The notes: a model not told the origin generated them from the letters alone. A stretch of DNA of 64,000 nucleotides from Vicinamibacteria bacterium (GCA_044229175.1 JBGATM010000020.1:1754-65753); one strand, 5' to 3'; counted from the stretch's first letter, positions 1-9,169 are shown. A program made the numbers and translations.

Positions 1-1042
1 GTCCGCGGGGCCTCCGCTTGATCCACGCCCCCAGGCACAGGAGACCCGCGGCCTGGGCGCCGATGGTCGTCTTCAGCGCCAGGCAGGCCAGATAGAACCA
101 CCACCAGCCATTGGAGCCGGAGTGCCCGAACAGATAGGTCAGGTGTCCGCCTTCGCCATGAATCCACTGCAGAAGCAGGCCCGAGATCCAGGCGGAAAAT
201 GGCACGGGGCCAAAGGGCGGAAGCGCCGGGAAGAGGCCGGTGCCTCCGCACAGGCCGTTGGTCCGGACCTCCCCGTAGGAGAAGCCGTAGACCGCCCACA
301 GCGCGATCACGAAACCAACCGTCCCGCCGACCGCTCCCAGGGCCAGCGCGCCGATCGGGTTCCTCCCGCGCTCCCTCGCGGCGCGGACCAGGGCGGCTCC
401 CGCGACCACCGCGGCCACCGGCAGCATGCCAAGCGCCGTGACCTTGCAGGCGGCGGACAGACCGAGGGTCGCACCGAGTGCGGTGGTCCAGGCCAGACCC
501 GGCCGGCTCCAGAGGCGGAACGTCACCCAGATCACGAAGCAACAAAGAGAAGCAAGCCAGGCATCGAGGGTGGCCAGGGAACCCTGGGCGAGGATGGTGG
601 GTGAGAAGCACCAGAGGAAGTGGGTCACGAGGGCCGCCGGCTCTCCGAACCTGCGCGCGGCCGACCACAAGACCAGGCCTCCGATCACGGTGATCAGAAT
701 CGTCCCCCAGCGCGCGGCGAAGAGATTCAGGTGAGTGCGCTCGAGGGGCGGGCGCAGAGGGTCCGGTTCCTTGGCCTTGCCCCGCTTCACCCAGATCTCG
801 AAGAGTTCCGGATCGGCAAGGCGGAGGCCGAGGGCGATGCCCCACTTGGGCAGGGCCGGGGCTTCGCAGTTGCGGTCGAAGGCGAAGTTCGCGCCGCCGC
901 CCAGGGTCTTGGTCCATTGATGGACCGCGGCGCCCATGTAGGTCGGCTCGTCAATCGTGTCGGACTTGTCCCAGGCGGTTCGCAGGAGAAGAACCGCCTG
1001 CGCGCCGGCGAGGGCGAGCGCCAGGAACGGATAGAGCCTCAT
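1..1042 (-). CDS. GT-C fold membrane glycosyltransferase (family 39 / ArnT-PMT-like); C-terminus cut by window edge
   Basis: Absent from the ORF track because it has no stop in the window. My translation of the - strand from ATG at 1042 (MRLYPFLALALAGAQAVLLLRTAWDKSDTIDEPTYMGAAVHQW...) stays open to base 1. It has many hydrophobic spans and ...LFGHSGSNGWWWFYLACL... typical of ArnT/PMT-type enzymes. Confidence 0.6.
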   Translation of the reverse strand, partial: MRLYPFLALALAGAQAVLLLRTAWDKSDTIDEPTYMGAAVHQWTKTLGGGANFAFDRNCEAPALPKWGIALGLRLADPELFEIWVKRGKAKEPDPLRPPLERTHLNLFAARWGTILITVIGGLVLWSAARRFGEPAALVTHFLWCFSPTILAQGSLATLDAWLASLCCFVIWVTFRLWSRPGLAWTTALGATLGLSAACKVTALGMLPVAAVVAGAALVRAARERGRNPIGALALGAVGGTVGFVIALWAVYGFSYGEVRTNGLCGGTGLFPALPPFGPVPFSAWISGLLLQWIHGEGGHLTYLFGHSGSNGWWWFYLACLALKTTIGAQAAGLLCLGAWIKRRPRG

Positions 1043-1074
1043 GGTGCGGGGAGTCTAGTGGCGGCCTTGGCCAA

Positions 1075-2538
1075 TCAGGTGTCCGAATCGCGGGAGCCCC
1101 GCGAGCGCACCGCGCGGGCGAGCCACGTCCCCACGACCAGGACGTAGGCGGCGAGAGGGAGGAGGCTCGCGCGGCCGCGGAGACCGGCGACTTCGCCCAG
1201 ATTCCAGGCCTGGCGGACACTCTTCCCGCGACCGGTGGGCATGTCGATGGATTGAGTATTGATGGCCACCTGGTCGTTCAGGAAGGCGGGGAACAGGAAC
1301 GCCTGAAACGGCTGCTCGACCGCGCGCGGAACTTCCGGCTTCACCGCGGTGCCGACCAACATGAGAGCCATGGAGAAGCATGCTCCCAGACCGGCCGCCG
1401 CCGCGGCGAAGGTGCGCAGCCCGCGGGGAAGGTCCGCGGCGAAGACCGCGCCGACGCAGAGCACGAGAAAAGGAAGGATCGCGACCAGATGCCGCGGCCC
1501 GAGGCTCGCCCCGCCATGCCAGTCGGTCAAGGATGCGTTCGCCCAGAGGTAGGAGATCGCGATGGCGGCGCACGCCGCGCCTTCCGCCCGAAAGGCGCGG
1601 CCGCGAACCAGGAGGGCAGCCCCCGGCACGCCCAGCAGCAGCCAGGGCGAACCATAGAAGAGACCTCGATACTCATCGATGGTGAGGTAGTAGAGGGCTC
1701 GCAGCGAAGGCACGCCCAGGCCCATGAAGAAGCCACGATGCCGAGGCTCCTGTGTCGAGAAGGCATAGGGCAGGGTGAGCGGCCCTCCGAAGGCGAGTGC
1801 GTGATACCCAAGGAGGATCGCGACCGGCACCGCCGCGCCAAGAACCATCCAGAGCAGCCACCGGGCCGGTCGGACGCTCATCCAGGCGTACAGGCCGATC
1901 ACGGCCAGGGACAGCCCGGCGGTGTACTCGATGAGCACGGCCATGCCCAGACACGTTCCGGCAAGGAAGAGACGCCGAGGGCTTGGTTCCGAGACGCCAT
2001 GTCGAATGGAGAGCAGCAGGCCGAAGGCGATGAAGGCGAAGGCCGCGGCGCTCTGATGGCCGTAGAAGAGGGTGGAGTAGGGAAGTGCGATTGTGCCGAA
2101 CGAGTAGGCGACGGTCATCAAGGCGCTGGCGCCGGGACCCAGTCCGAAAATCTTTGCGGATTGATACAGCACGATCGCGGCCAGAGCCGACGGTAACGAA
2201 ACCGCCCAGAGAGTGCACAGATAGCTCGCGATACCCTGGAACCGGTCGGTCTCCCGCTGCTCTCCATCGATGGCGTGCGCGACGGCATAGACCGGAACGG
2301 AGAGGAGTGAAATGCCGGGCGCCTTGTCCGTGTAGTAGTGGGCGCCGCGTTTGGCCTTGTCTCCCGTGTTCTTCTCGAAGCGGTCGATCCGAAGCGTGCT
2401 CTGTTCGACGATCGACCGGACCAGATCGAAGCGCGTGTTCTGGTTCCAGCCGCCAGCCTGGTAGAAATACGCAAAGACGCCGAACACCAGCGAGAACAGC
2501 GCGATTTCAGGCCATCGGGCGCGAAGCGGTGCGCTCAC
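1075..2538 (-). CDS. polytopic integral membrane protein, probably GT-C-like glycosyltransferase (hypothetical)
   Basis: 487-aa ORF with more than 10 hydrophobic helices (FSLVFGVFAYFY, AAFAFIAFGLLL, LVAILPFLVLCVGAVF). Composition is protein-like, unlike the overlapping Arg-rich frames. Lies 32 nt upstream of the GT39-like gene on the same strand. Confidence 0.65.
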   Translation of the reverse strand: MSAPLRARWPEIALFSLVFGVFAYFYQAGGWNQNTRFDLVRSIVEQSTLRIDRFEKNTGDKAKRGAHYYTDKAPGISLLSVPVYAVAHAIDGEQRETDRFQGIASYLCTLWAVSLPSALAAIVLYQSAKIFGLGPGASALMTVAYSFGTIALPYSTLFYGHQSAAAFAFIAFGLLLSIRHGVSEPSPRRLFLAGTCLGMAVLIEYTAGLSLAVIGLYAWMSVRPARWLLWMVLGAAVPVAILLGYHALAFGGPLTLPYAFSTQEPRHRGFFMGLGVPSLRALYYLTIDEYRGLFYGSPWLLLGVPGAALLVRGRAFRAEGAACAAIAISYLWANASLTDWHGGASLGPRHLVAILPFLVLCVGAVFAADLPRGLRTFAAAAAGLGACFSMALMLVGTAVKPEVPRAVEQPFQAFLFPAFLNDQVAINTQSIDMPTGRGKSVRQAWNLGEVAGLRGRASLLPLAAYVLVVGTWLARAVRSRGSRDSDT

Positions 2539-2615
2539 CCTCTTTGTTCGACCGGGGTCATGGGCGTGACTCTACCGTAGCGTCTGGCTAAGCTCCCCCG
2601 GGCTCGGCGCCTCGA

Positions 2616-3446
2616 GTGGGCCCAGGTTCCCCCGTTCTGCGAGAGCCGCCAAAGAAGATGCCCCCACCCCTGTCCCAGAGAGCACCGGAAGCGCCCGGGG
2701 AGATCTTCCTGGGCGACATCACGGTGGAACTGATCCGGAAGAAGATCCGAAGCATTCGTCTGAGCGTCCGTCCGCCCGACGGCCGGGTACGGATGTCGGC
2801 GCCGCTCCGCGCGGGACTCGAAACCCTGCGGCGCTTCGCGCTCGGTAAGCTCGGCTGGATCCGCAAGCACCAGTCCCGTCTGCGGCAGGAGCCGCGGGAG
2901 GCGGCGCACCGTTACCTGGACGGCGAGCGCCACTTCGTGTGGGGGAAGCCCTATCTCTTGAGGGTTCAGGAGACGCCGGCTCCGCCCGCGGTGGAGCTCT
3001 TCTTCGCCGAACTGGTTCTTCGCGTTCGCCCCGGCGCCTCGGCGCGGAAACGAGAAGCCGTGATCGAGGCCTGGTATCACGAGAAGCTCAAGGAGGTGGC
3101 CTCGCCCCTGATCGCGAAGTGGCAGCCGGTCATAGGGGTAAAGGTGGGAAAGCTGTTCACGCAGCGAATGCGGACGCGCTGGGGAAGCTGCAACACCCGT
3201 TCCCACAGCATCCGTCTCAATACCGAGCTGGTCAGGAAGCCCGTGGCGTGCCTCGAGTACGTCATCGTGCACGAGATGACGCATCTGCTCGAGCCCAGTC
3301 ACGATCGCCGCTTCAAGGCCCTGATGACCCGCTTCATGCCCGATTGGACCGTCCATCGGCAGGCTCTTCGTCGCGCATCGACGAGCCACCCGGTTCTCTC
3401 CCCGCTAATCGCCCCGATCGTTCATCCGGGGATCGATCGTGAGTAG
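2616..3446 (+). CDS. YgjP/DUF45-type zinc metallohydrolase (M48-like)
   Basis: HEMTHL (HExxH) motif preceded by RWGSCNTRSHSIRLNTELVRKP, the DUF45/YgjP signature. Start is uncertain (2616 or ATG 2658). Confidence 0.8.
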   Translation: MGPGSPVLREPPKKMPPPLSQRAPEAPGEIFLGDITVELIRKKIRSIRLSVRPPDGRVRMSAPLRAGLETLRRFALGKLGWIRKHQSRLRQEPREAAHRYLDGERHFVWGKPYLLRVQETPAPPAVELFFAELVLRVRPGASARKREAVIEAWYHEKLKEVASPLIAKWQPVIGVKVGKLFTQRMRTRWGSCNTRSHSIRLNTELVRKPVACLEYVIVHEMTHLLEPSHDRRFKALMTRFMPDWTVHRQALRRASTSHPVLSPLIAPIVHPGIDRE

Positions 3447-3457
3447 ACTCGGGAGCC

Positions 3458-4267
3458 ATGAACACCCATCGACGGTGCGGCGCAAGCCGTTTCAGGGCGA
3501 TCCTGGCGGTGTGCCTCGCCGCACTCTCCGCATCGGCCGCGACCGCGCAGGAGGGAGGCGGCCAGAGCGTGCGCGTCTGCGCGTTCGCCGGCGCTGGTTT
3601 CTTCGCGCGTGACGCCGCAGGCGTCGCGTCGGGGTTCGAATACGATCTGCTGACCAGCTTCGCCGCGGCGGAAAAGCTCAAGGTCACCTTCGTCGACATG
3701 GCCCAGTTCGACCAGCTCCTGGCCGACACCGCGGGGGGGCGGTGCCAGATCGGCGCGGCCACGATCACCGTCACCGATGAGCGCAAGACGAAGCTCTCCT
3801 TCTCCGCTCCCTACTTCCCCAACCGCATCGTGGTCGTTCAGAAGACCACGAGCGCCTTCGTCCAGCCGACCGATCTCAAGGATCGGCGCGTGGCCGTGGT
3901 GAAGGGGACGGTCTCCGAGACCCTCGTAAGCAATATTCCCGGAGTCAAGGCGGTCCTGGTGGATGACGACGATTCCACGTTTCAGGCGCTGTTGAAGGGC
4001 ACGGCCGACGCGCTCGCCTGCGACTCCGCGGTGGTGCTTCACTATCTGAAGCAGCATGACGACCTGGCCATCGCCTTCCCCATGGGCGAGCGGTCGTTCT
4101 TCGCCTTCGCCCTTCCTCCGGGCTCGAAGCTCGTGGGCCCGCTCAACCACCATCTGAACTCCCTGCAGAAGTCGGGCGCGTTCACCAAGCTGCTCGCCAA
4201 GCACTTCGGCGAAGCGAACGCCCAGTTCCTCGCTGACGACGTGGCCAAAGCCGGCACGAAGCGCTAG
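3458..4267 (+). CDS. periplasmic amino-acid-type ABC substrate-binding protein (SBP_bac_3 family)
   Basis: N-terminal signal peptide (AILAVCLAALSASAATAQ). GFEYDLL..., ATITVTDERKTKLSFSAPYF and VAVVKGT blocks are typical of polar amino-acid binding proteins. Confidence 0.8.
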   Translation: MNTHRRCGASRFRAILAVCLAALSASAATAQEGGGQSVRVCAFAGAGFFARDAAGVASGFEYDLLTSFAAAEKLKVTFVDMAQFDQLLADTAGGRCQIGAATITVTDERKTKLSFSAPYFPNRIVVVQKTTSAFVQPTDLKDRRVAVVKGTVSETLVSNIPGVKAVLVDDDDSTFQALLKGTADALACDSAVVLHYLKQHDDLAIAFPMGERSFFAFALPPGSKLVGPLNHHLNSLQKSGAFTKLLAKHFGEANAQFLADDVAKAGTKR

Positions 4268-4399
4268 CGCGGCTGCGGACGTGGGCGGACTCCCGCTCCA
4301 GGACTGAGGGCGGCCGCCTCTCGGGTGACGAAACTCACCGGGGAGCCGGGTCGGGCGGCCTATCCTAGAGGGGTGAAGAGTTCCTATCCGGGCAAGGCG

Positions 4400-5047
4400 A
4401 TGCTCCGGGTTCTCATCTGCTCCCGGCGGGACCTGCGCCCGGAACTGGCGCAGACGCTCATCGGGCGTCAGGGCATCGAGGTCTACCGAGTCGAGAAGCT
4501 CGCCGACGCCCGGCTGGTGGGCTCGAGTCTCGGAGTCCAGGTGGTGCTGGTGGATCGGGACTTCCCGAATGCCGCCGACTTCATCCGCCAGTTGCGACAC
4601 GAGCCGGCCACGCGCGATCGCTCCATCGCCGTGCTCACCCGCCGATCGGCGCAGGGCGACCAGGAGATGATCGCCGCCGGCGCCAACGCGGTTCTTCGCC
4701 TTCCGCCGGACGCGGGATGGGACGAACGCTTCTCGAAACTCCTCACTGTGCCCGTGCGACAGCAGGCCCGGATGCTGATCCACATCGATGTGTCCACCGA
4801 GCCCGAGTATCCCGCCGCGATCCTGAACCTCAGCCCCGGGGGCATGCTCCTCGCCACCCACCGGGTCCTCCACAAGGGCGACGAGTTGATGTTCCGTTTC
4901 AGCCTGCCCGACAAGACCATGATCGTGGGTCGAGGGCGTGTGGCCAGGGAGGCTTTGCCCACGGGTTTCGGCGTGGAGTTTCTCGACCTGGGCCCGGACG
5001 GGGAGGAAGCGGTGACGAGCTTCCTGCGTTCGGCTCGATTGGGCTGA
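4400..5047 (+). CDS. degenerate receiver domain fused to PilZ (c-di-GMP binding) domain
   Basis: C-terminal PilZ motifs RQQAR (RxxxR) and NLSPGG (D/NxSxxG). The N-terminal CheY-like fold keeps VVLVDRDFP but lacks the acidic DD pocket (VLICSRRD). ATG at 4400 chosen over the GTG at 4325. Confidence 0.75.
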   Translation: MLRVLICSRRDLRPELAQTLIGRQGIEVYRVEKLADARLVGSSLGVQVVLVDRDFPNAADFIRQLRHEPATRDRSIAVLTRRSAQGDQEMIAAGANAVLRLPPDAGWDERFSKLLTVPVRQQARMLIHIDVSTEPEYPAAILNLSPGGMLLATHRVLHKGDELMFRFSLPDKTMIVGRGRVAREALPTGFGVEFLDLGPDGEEAVTSFLRSARLG

Positions 5048-5110
5048 GTTTCCCGCCCGTGAGTGACTTGCCTCACCGGTGCCGTCCCGCGTCGGCCCTA
5101 TCCTGCCGTC

Positions 5111-5587
5111 ATGGCAACCGTAAGCATTTCCTACGATCTCGCCAAGGATGACGAGGCCCAGGCGTTTCGAATCGCGGTGGCCGCCGAAGGCCTGTTCCGC
5201 GCCCTGATCGATTTCCATCGACTGGTGGTCGACCGGCGTGATCGGCGCGTGCGGTCCCAACCCTCGCACGTCCTTCGAGCGCTCCTTCGCGAACGGCTGA
5301 CCCAGCGCACCGCGGCTTGGACGCTCAAGGCCAATGCCTTGAAGCCGAGGCGCTGGCGGCGGCCCTTGCGCCCGGCCACCCTGACCGTCGAGGTCGGATT
5401 CCCCTACGTGGCCCTCTTGAATGCCGACGGCATCTTCGCCGCGGTTCGCGCGATCGACGCGTCCTTCAAGCCGGACGATTCGCCGATGCCGTGGAAGGAA
5501 ATGGCCGCGATCAACCTCGCGAAGCTCGAGGAGAACGGCGTGGCCGCCGCGTTCCTGAACGAGGTCGAGGCGCGCCGCGGCGAGTAG
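5111..5587 (+). CDS. hypothetical protein
   Basis: 158-aa ORF from ATG 5111 with G/C-rich third positions and no family recognised. Lies directly upstream (43 nt) of the pduS-like gene. Confidence 0.5.
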   Translation: MATVSISYDLAKDDEAQAFRIAVAAEGLFRALIDFHRLVVDRRDRRVRSQPSHVLRALLRERLTQRTAAWTLKANALKPRRWRRPLRPATLTVEVGFPYVALLNADGIFAAVRAIDASFKPDDSPMPWKEMAAINLAKLEENGVAAAFLNEVEARRGE

Positions 5588-5630
5588 AACCCCCTCGAGC
5601 CCGGAGGTTGGGGCTTAGAGTACGGCCTCC

Positions 5631-6944
5631 ATGTCCCTGATCGAGCAGACGCGGAAGGCCGGAGTGGTGGGCGCGGGCGGCGGCGGTTTCCCCGCCCACG
5701 TGAAGTTCGCCACCACCGCGGAAATCGTGATCGGGAACGGAGCCGAGTGCGAGCCGCTGCTCCACAAGGACGCGGCCGTGATCGAGCACCGCGCCCGCGA
5801 GGTGGTGCGCGGGATCGAACGGGTCATGGATGCGGTGGGCGCGCGCGAGGGCGTGCTCGGGATCAAGGAGAAGAAGAAGGCGGTGGTCGCGGCCGCGCAG
5901 GACGCGTGCGCGGGAAGCCGGGTGCGCGTCCATCTCCTCGGCGACTACTACCCGGCCGGCGACGAATACGATCTCGTCTTCGCGGTAACGGGGAAACTGA
6001 TTCCCCCGCAGGGCTTGCCCCTGCACGTGGGCGCGGTGGTGAGCAACGTGGAGACCCTGGCCCAGGTCGCGGCGGCTTTCGAGGGCCGTCCGGTCACGCA
6101 CAAGATGGTGACCATCGCGGGCGCGGTCGCGAATCCCTCGACCTTCGAAGTCCCGCTCGGCGCCAGTTATCGCGACCTCATCGCCGCGGCGGGGGGTGCC
6201 ATCTGCGCCGACCCCGTGCTGCAGATCGGCGGCATGATGATGGGCCGCACCAGTGAGTCGCTCGATGTTCCCATCACCAAGACCGACGCGGGGGCCATCG
6301 TGCTGCCCCGGGAGCACAAGAGCGTCGAGCGCAAGCTCCGACCGAAGGCGGCGCAGGCGCGGATCGGGCGCTCGGCCTGCGACCAGTGCCGCTATTGCAC
6401 CGAGTTCTGTCCGCGGTTTCTGCTCGGTTACGCGGTCGAACCGCACCAGGTCATGCGCGGCCTCGGCTTCTCCACCGCCGGTTCAGCCCAATGGAATCCC
6501 TGGGCGTCGCTTTGCTGCTCGTGCGGCCTGTGCACGCTCTACGCGTGTCCCGAAGACCTGTATCCGAAGGAGGCCTGCGACGACGCGAAGATCGAACTGC
6601 GCGCCGCCGGCTTCAAGTGGACGGGACCGGCGCCTGCGAAACCGCATCCGTTTCACGACGGCCGCCGCGTGCCTATCGACCGGCTGGTGAGCAAGCTCGG
6701 CATCGGGGCCTGGGACAAGCCGGCGCCCCTGCGCCCGCTGCCCAACGCGCTCACGCGTCTGGTGCTGCCGCTCAAGCAGTCGGCGGGTGTCGCCGTGGTT
6801 CCGGGGGTGCGCGAGGGGCAGAAGGTGAAGGCGGGCGAGGTCCTCGGCGAACCCCCCGAGGGCGCCCTGGGCGCGCGGCTTCATGCGCCGGTCGACGCCC
6901 GGGTCGAATCGGTGAGCGACGCTATCGTCCTGGTGAAAGCATGA
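5631..6944 (+). CDS. pduS: PduS-like / RnfC-like flavo-iron-sulfur oxidoreductase (SLBB + 2x[4Fe-4S])
   Basis: N-terminal AGVVGAGGGGFPAHVKF nucleotide/FMN site as in PduS/RnfC/Nqo1. Two ferredoxin Cys clusters (CDQCRYCTEFCP and CCSCGLCTLYACP). 437 aa, similar in length to PduS. Confidence 0.85.
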   Translation: MSLIEQTRKAGVVGAGGGGFPAHVKFATTAEIVIGNGAECEPLLHKDAAVIEHRAREVVRGIERVMDAVGAREGVLGIKEKKKAVVAAAQDACAGSRVRVHLLGDYYPAGDEYDLVFAVTGKLIPPQGLPLHVGAVVSNVETLAQVAAAFEGRPVTHKMVTIAGAVANPSTFEVPLGASYRDLIAAAGGAICADPVLQIGGMMMGRTSESLDVPITKTDAGAIVLPREHKSVERKLRPKAAQARIGRSACDQCRYCTEFCPRFLLGYAVEPHQVMRGLGFSTAGSAQWNPWASLCCSCGLCTLYACPEDLYPKEACDDAKIELRAAGFKWTGPAPAKPHPFHDGRRVPIDRLVSKLGIGAWDKPAPLRPLPNALTRLVLPLKQSAGVAVVPGVREGQKVKAGEVLGEPPEGALGARLHAPVDARVESVSDAIVLVKA

Positions 6945-7489
6945 ACAACTGCATCGGCCTGATCGAGCTCACCTCCATCGCCTCCGGTTTCGAAGCCGGA
7001 GACGCCATGATCAAGGCGGCCTCCATCGAGCTTCTCCTTGCCCGCAGCATCTGCTCGGGGAAGTACATGGTCCTGATCGGCGGGGAGGTCGCGAACGTCG
7101 AGGCGTCGATCGAAGCCGGGGCGGCCATCGCGCAGGGCTGCCTGATCGACCGGTTCGTTATCCCCAACATCCACCCTGACGTGTTCCGCGCCATCAGCCG
7201 CACCGAGATCCCGCCGCTCGAAGGAGCTCTCGGCATCCTCGAGTCGTTCAACGTCGCCACCCTTATCGAAGCCGCGGATGTCGCGGTGAAGGCCGCGGCG
7301 GTAAGGCTCCTCGAGGTGCGCCTCGCCATGGCCATGGGCGGCAAGGCCTTCTGCACGATGACCGGCGACGTGGCCGCGGTGCAGGCCGCCGTCGCGGCGG
7401 GACGCGCGGTGATCGCGAAGCGCGGTCTGCTCGTCAACGCGGTCGTGATTCCACGACCGTCACCGGAGTTGTACCGGGAACTCGTCTAA
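6941..7489 (+). CDS. pduT: PduT-like tandem-BMC-domain (BMC-T) microcompartment shell protein
   Basis: MNNCIGLIELTSIASGFEAGDAMIKAASIELLLARSICSGKYMVLIGG... aligns from memory along its length with Salmonella PduT ([42 protein letters not shown]...). The pore FeS Cys (SIC-SGK) and the second BMC repeat (GILESFNVATLIEAADVAVKAA) are both present. ATGA overlap with pduS. Confidence 0.85.
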   Translation: MNNCIGLIELTSIASGFEAGDAMIKAASIELLLARSICSGKYMVLIGGEVANVEASIEAGAAIAQGCLIDRFVIPNIHPDVFRAISRTEIPPLEGALGILESFNVATLIEAADVAVKAAAVRLLEVRLAMAMGGKAFCTMTGDVAAVQAAVAAGRAVIAKRGLLVNAVVIPRPSPELYRELV

Positions 7490-7494
7490 ACGCC

Positions 7495-7516
7495 GGATTC
7501 CCCCGGGCGGGAATCC
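7495..7516. terminator. GC-rich hairpin between convergent genes (possible bidirectional terminator)
   Basis: Perfect 8-bp stem GGATTCCC/GGGAATCC with loop CCGGGC, lying between the pduT stop (7489) and the CBS gene stop (7521). No U-tract. Confidence 0.45.
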
Positions 7517-7520
7517 TGTC

Positions 7521-8036
7521 TCACATCGGAAGGTTTCGCGGCTCCTGCGCCTGGGCTTCGGCCCGCCGCCGCGGCTTCCGCGCGGGCGGCGGAGCGGTCC
7601 AGGGCCGACCGATCGCGGCCAGGGTCCGGGTGACTTCCTTGTCGAGTCCGTTTCCCCGTACCGAGGCTGCGTGCCGGGCCAGGTCGTTGAGCGAAAGCAC
7701 GCCCAGCGGCCGGCCTGCGGCATCGAGCACGGGAATGCGCCGGACCTTCCGCTCGCGCATCAGGCGCTCGGCCGCGTCCAGCGATGCGTCCGCGCGACAG
7801 GACGCGACCTCCCAGGCCATTGCGCTCGACACCTGGATCGCCGGCAACGGGGTTCCCTGCGTGTAGGCGGACATGCAGATATCCCGATCGGTGATCATGC
7901 CGACCACGCTGCCGTCATCGTTCACGACCGGCAGGGCCCCGCAATCGTGCTGCCACATCAGTTGGGCAGCCGTATTGAGAGTGTCGCCGGCCCGGCAGAC
8001 CGCCGCCGGCTTGCTCATGATGTCCTTGACCTTCAT
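7521..8036 (-). CDS. CBS-pair domain protein
   Basis: From ATG 8036 (RBS GGAGAAG upstream): MKVKDIMSKPAAVCRAGDTLNTAAQLMWQHDCGALPVV...GMITDRDI...RIPVLD..., two CBS motifs. The long N-terminal extension in the ORF track (to 8414) is Arg-rich junk overlapping hsp20. Confidence 0.85.
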   Translation of the reverse strand: MKVKDIMSKPAAVCRAGDTLNTAAQLMWQHDCGALPVVNDDGSVVGMITDRDICMSAYTQGTPLPAIQVSSAMAWEVASCRADASLDAAERLMRERKVRRIPVLDAAGRPLGVLSLNDLARHAASVRGNGLDKEVTRTLAAIGRPWTAPPPARKPRRRAEAQAQEPRNLPM

Positions 8037-8098
8037 GGTCTTCTCCTCACCGTGATTCCGTGGGAACGAACGCCGTGGCGGCGCCTTCGGGCGTCGGA

Positions 8099-8563
8099 TC
8101 AGTGGACGGCGATCTGCTTGGCGGTCGGGGCCTTCGCTTTCGTCTTCCCGATGACGACGTTGAGCATGCCGTCCTTGAAGGTCGCGTCGACCTTGGCCGG
8201 GTCCGTATCGTCCGGCATGGTGAAGCGACGCAGGAAGTGGCCGTAAGAGAGCTCGCGGCGATGGAACTTCTCGTCCTTCTCTTCCTTCTCCTCGCGCCGG
8301 TCGCCCTGGATGGTGAGGACGCCGTCGTCGAGGGTGACCTTGACGTCTTCCTTCTTCACACTGGGAAGTTCGGCGTGGATCCGATACTCGGTGTCTGTCT
8401 CGCTGATGTCGCACGAGGGAGCCCAGTCGCTCGTGGCCAGCAACTCCCGCTCGCCGTTGCCCGCGAAGCGAGTGAGGCCGAAGAGACGATTCATGCGGGT
8501 CGAGAGGTCTTCCATCTCACGAAACGGGTCCCAGGTGTCTTGTCGTCGAATGAGCGGCATCAT
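8099..8563 (-). CDS. Hsp20/alpha-crystallin small heat-shock protein
   Basis: Alpha-crystallin core ...DISETDTEYRIHAELPSVKKEDVKVTLDDGVLTIQGDRREE...SYGHFLRRFTMPDDTDPAKVDATFKDGMLNVVIGK. ATG 8563 lies 7 nt after AAAGGAG. Confidence 0.92.
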   Translation of the reverse strand: MMPLIRRQDTWDPFREMEDLSTRMNRLFGLTRFAGNGERELLATSDWAPSCDISETDTEYRIHAELPSVKKEDVKVTLDDGVLTIQGDRREEKEEKDEKFHRRELSYGHFLRRFTMPDDTDPAKVDATFKDGMLNVVIGKTKAKAPTAKQIAVH

Positions 8564-8619
8564 TGTCAATCTCCTTTGGATGGCCCGGGGAGTCCCGGGC
8601 GACGTCTCGCATGGGGTCC

Positions 8620-9158
8620 AGCGGCGAGGACGCCGTTCCCGAGTGGAGCAGGTTCCCGCTTTCAGTACTCAGGAGATCGAGCGGAGCAGGGGGCCCGGGG
8701 AAAGGGAATCCCGCTGCACGCCTCTCTTGGGGTTGGCCGGGATCTCGAAGTCTTCTGGGTCGCTGAGAGCCCGATTCATTGGTTTCTCGGGGTGGACCGC
8801 CTGGCTTCCTCGTATTCAAGGCCAGGTTACGATCGCTCTCCAGCGCCGTCCGCCGCGCATCTTCCGCGCGGTTTCATCCTTCCTCGTCCCGCCTCCTCTT
8901 CGGAGTTCCTTCGCTCATCCTCCCGCCCCTCTTGGCTGGGGCTCTGCCTGATACGGGTTTTCAGCCCTCTTCGCGGCACCGCCGAGAGCGTCCACTTTTT
9001 GCGAGGGCGTCCGACCCCCGCTTTCGTTCCGTCCCCGGGTTTTCCAAAACCCCTCGACGGCTTGCTCCGCTTTCGGTTCCGCCGGCTTGTCTCGTCCGGC
9101 TGCCACGTCCAGGGTTCTTGCTGCTCGGCTCGGGAGACCATCTCTCAGCCGCTGGACT
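8620..9158 (-). ncRNA. candidate long structured RNA or unusually long 5' leader of hsp20 (unclassified)
   Basis: No credible ORF in any frame. The - strand is purine-rich. Many local hairpins: 8800-8826, 8853-8871, 8964-9008 enclosing CGGC-GGU-GCCG, and 9037-9052. The motif GAAAGCGG occurs 3 times (8656-8663, 9018-9025, 9067-9074). A sigma54-type promoter sits at its 5' end. Confidence 0.3.
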
Positions 9159-9169
9159 CTGCCGGCCGC

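Noticed and set aside
8611-8620. CCCCAT on the - strand upstream of hsp20 as a sigma32-type -10 element
   Set aside because: There is no acceptable CTTGAA-like -35 at 13-15 nt; the nearest, CTCGGGAA, is ~19 nt away. The hexamer alone is too short to call.
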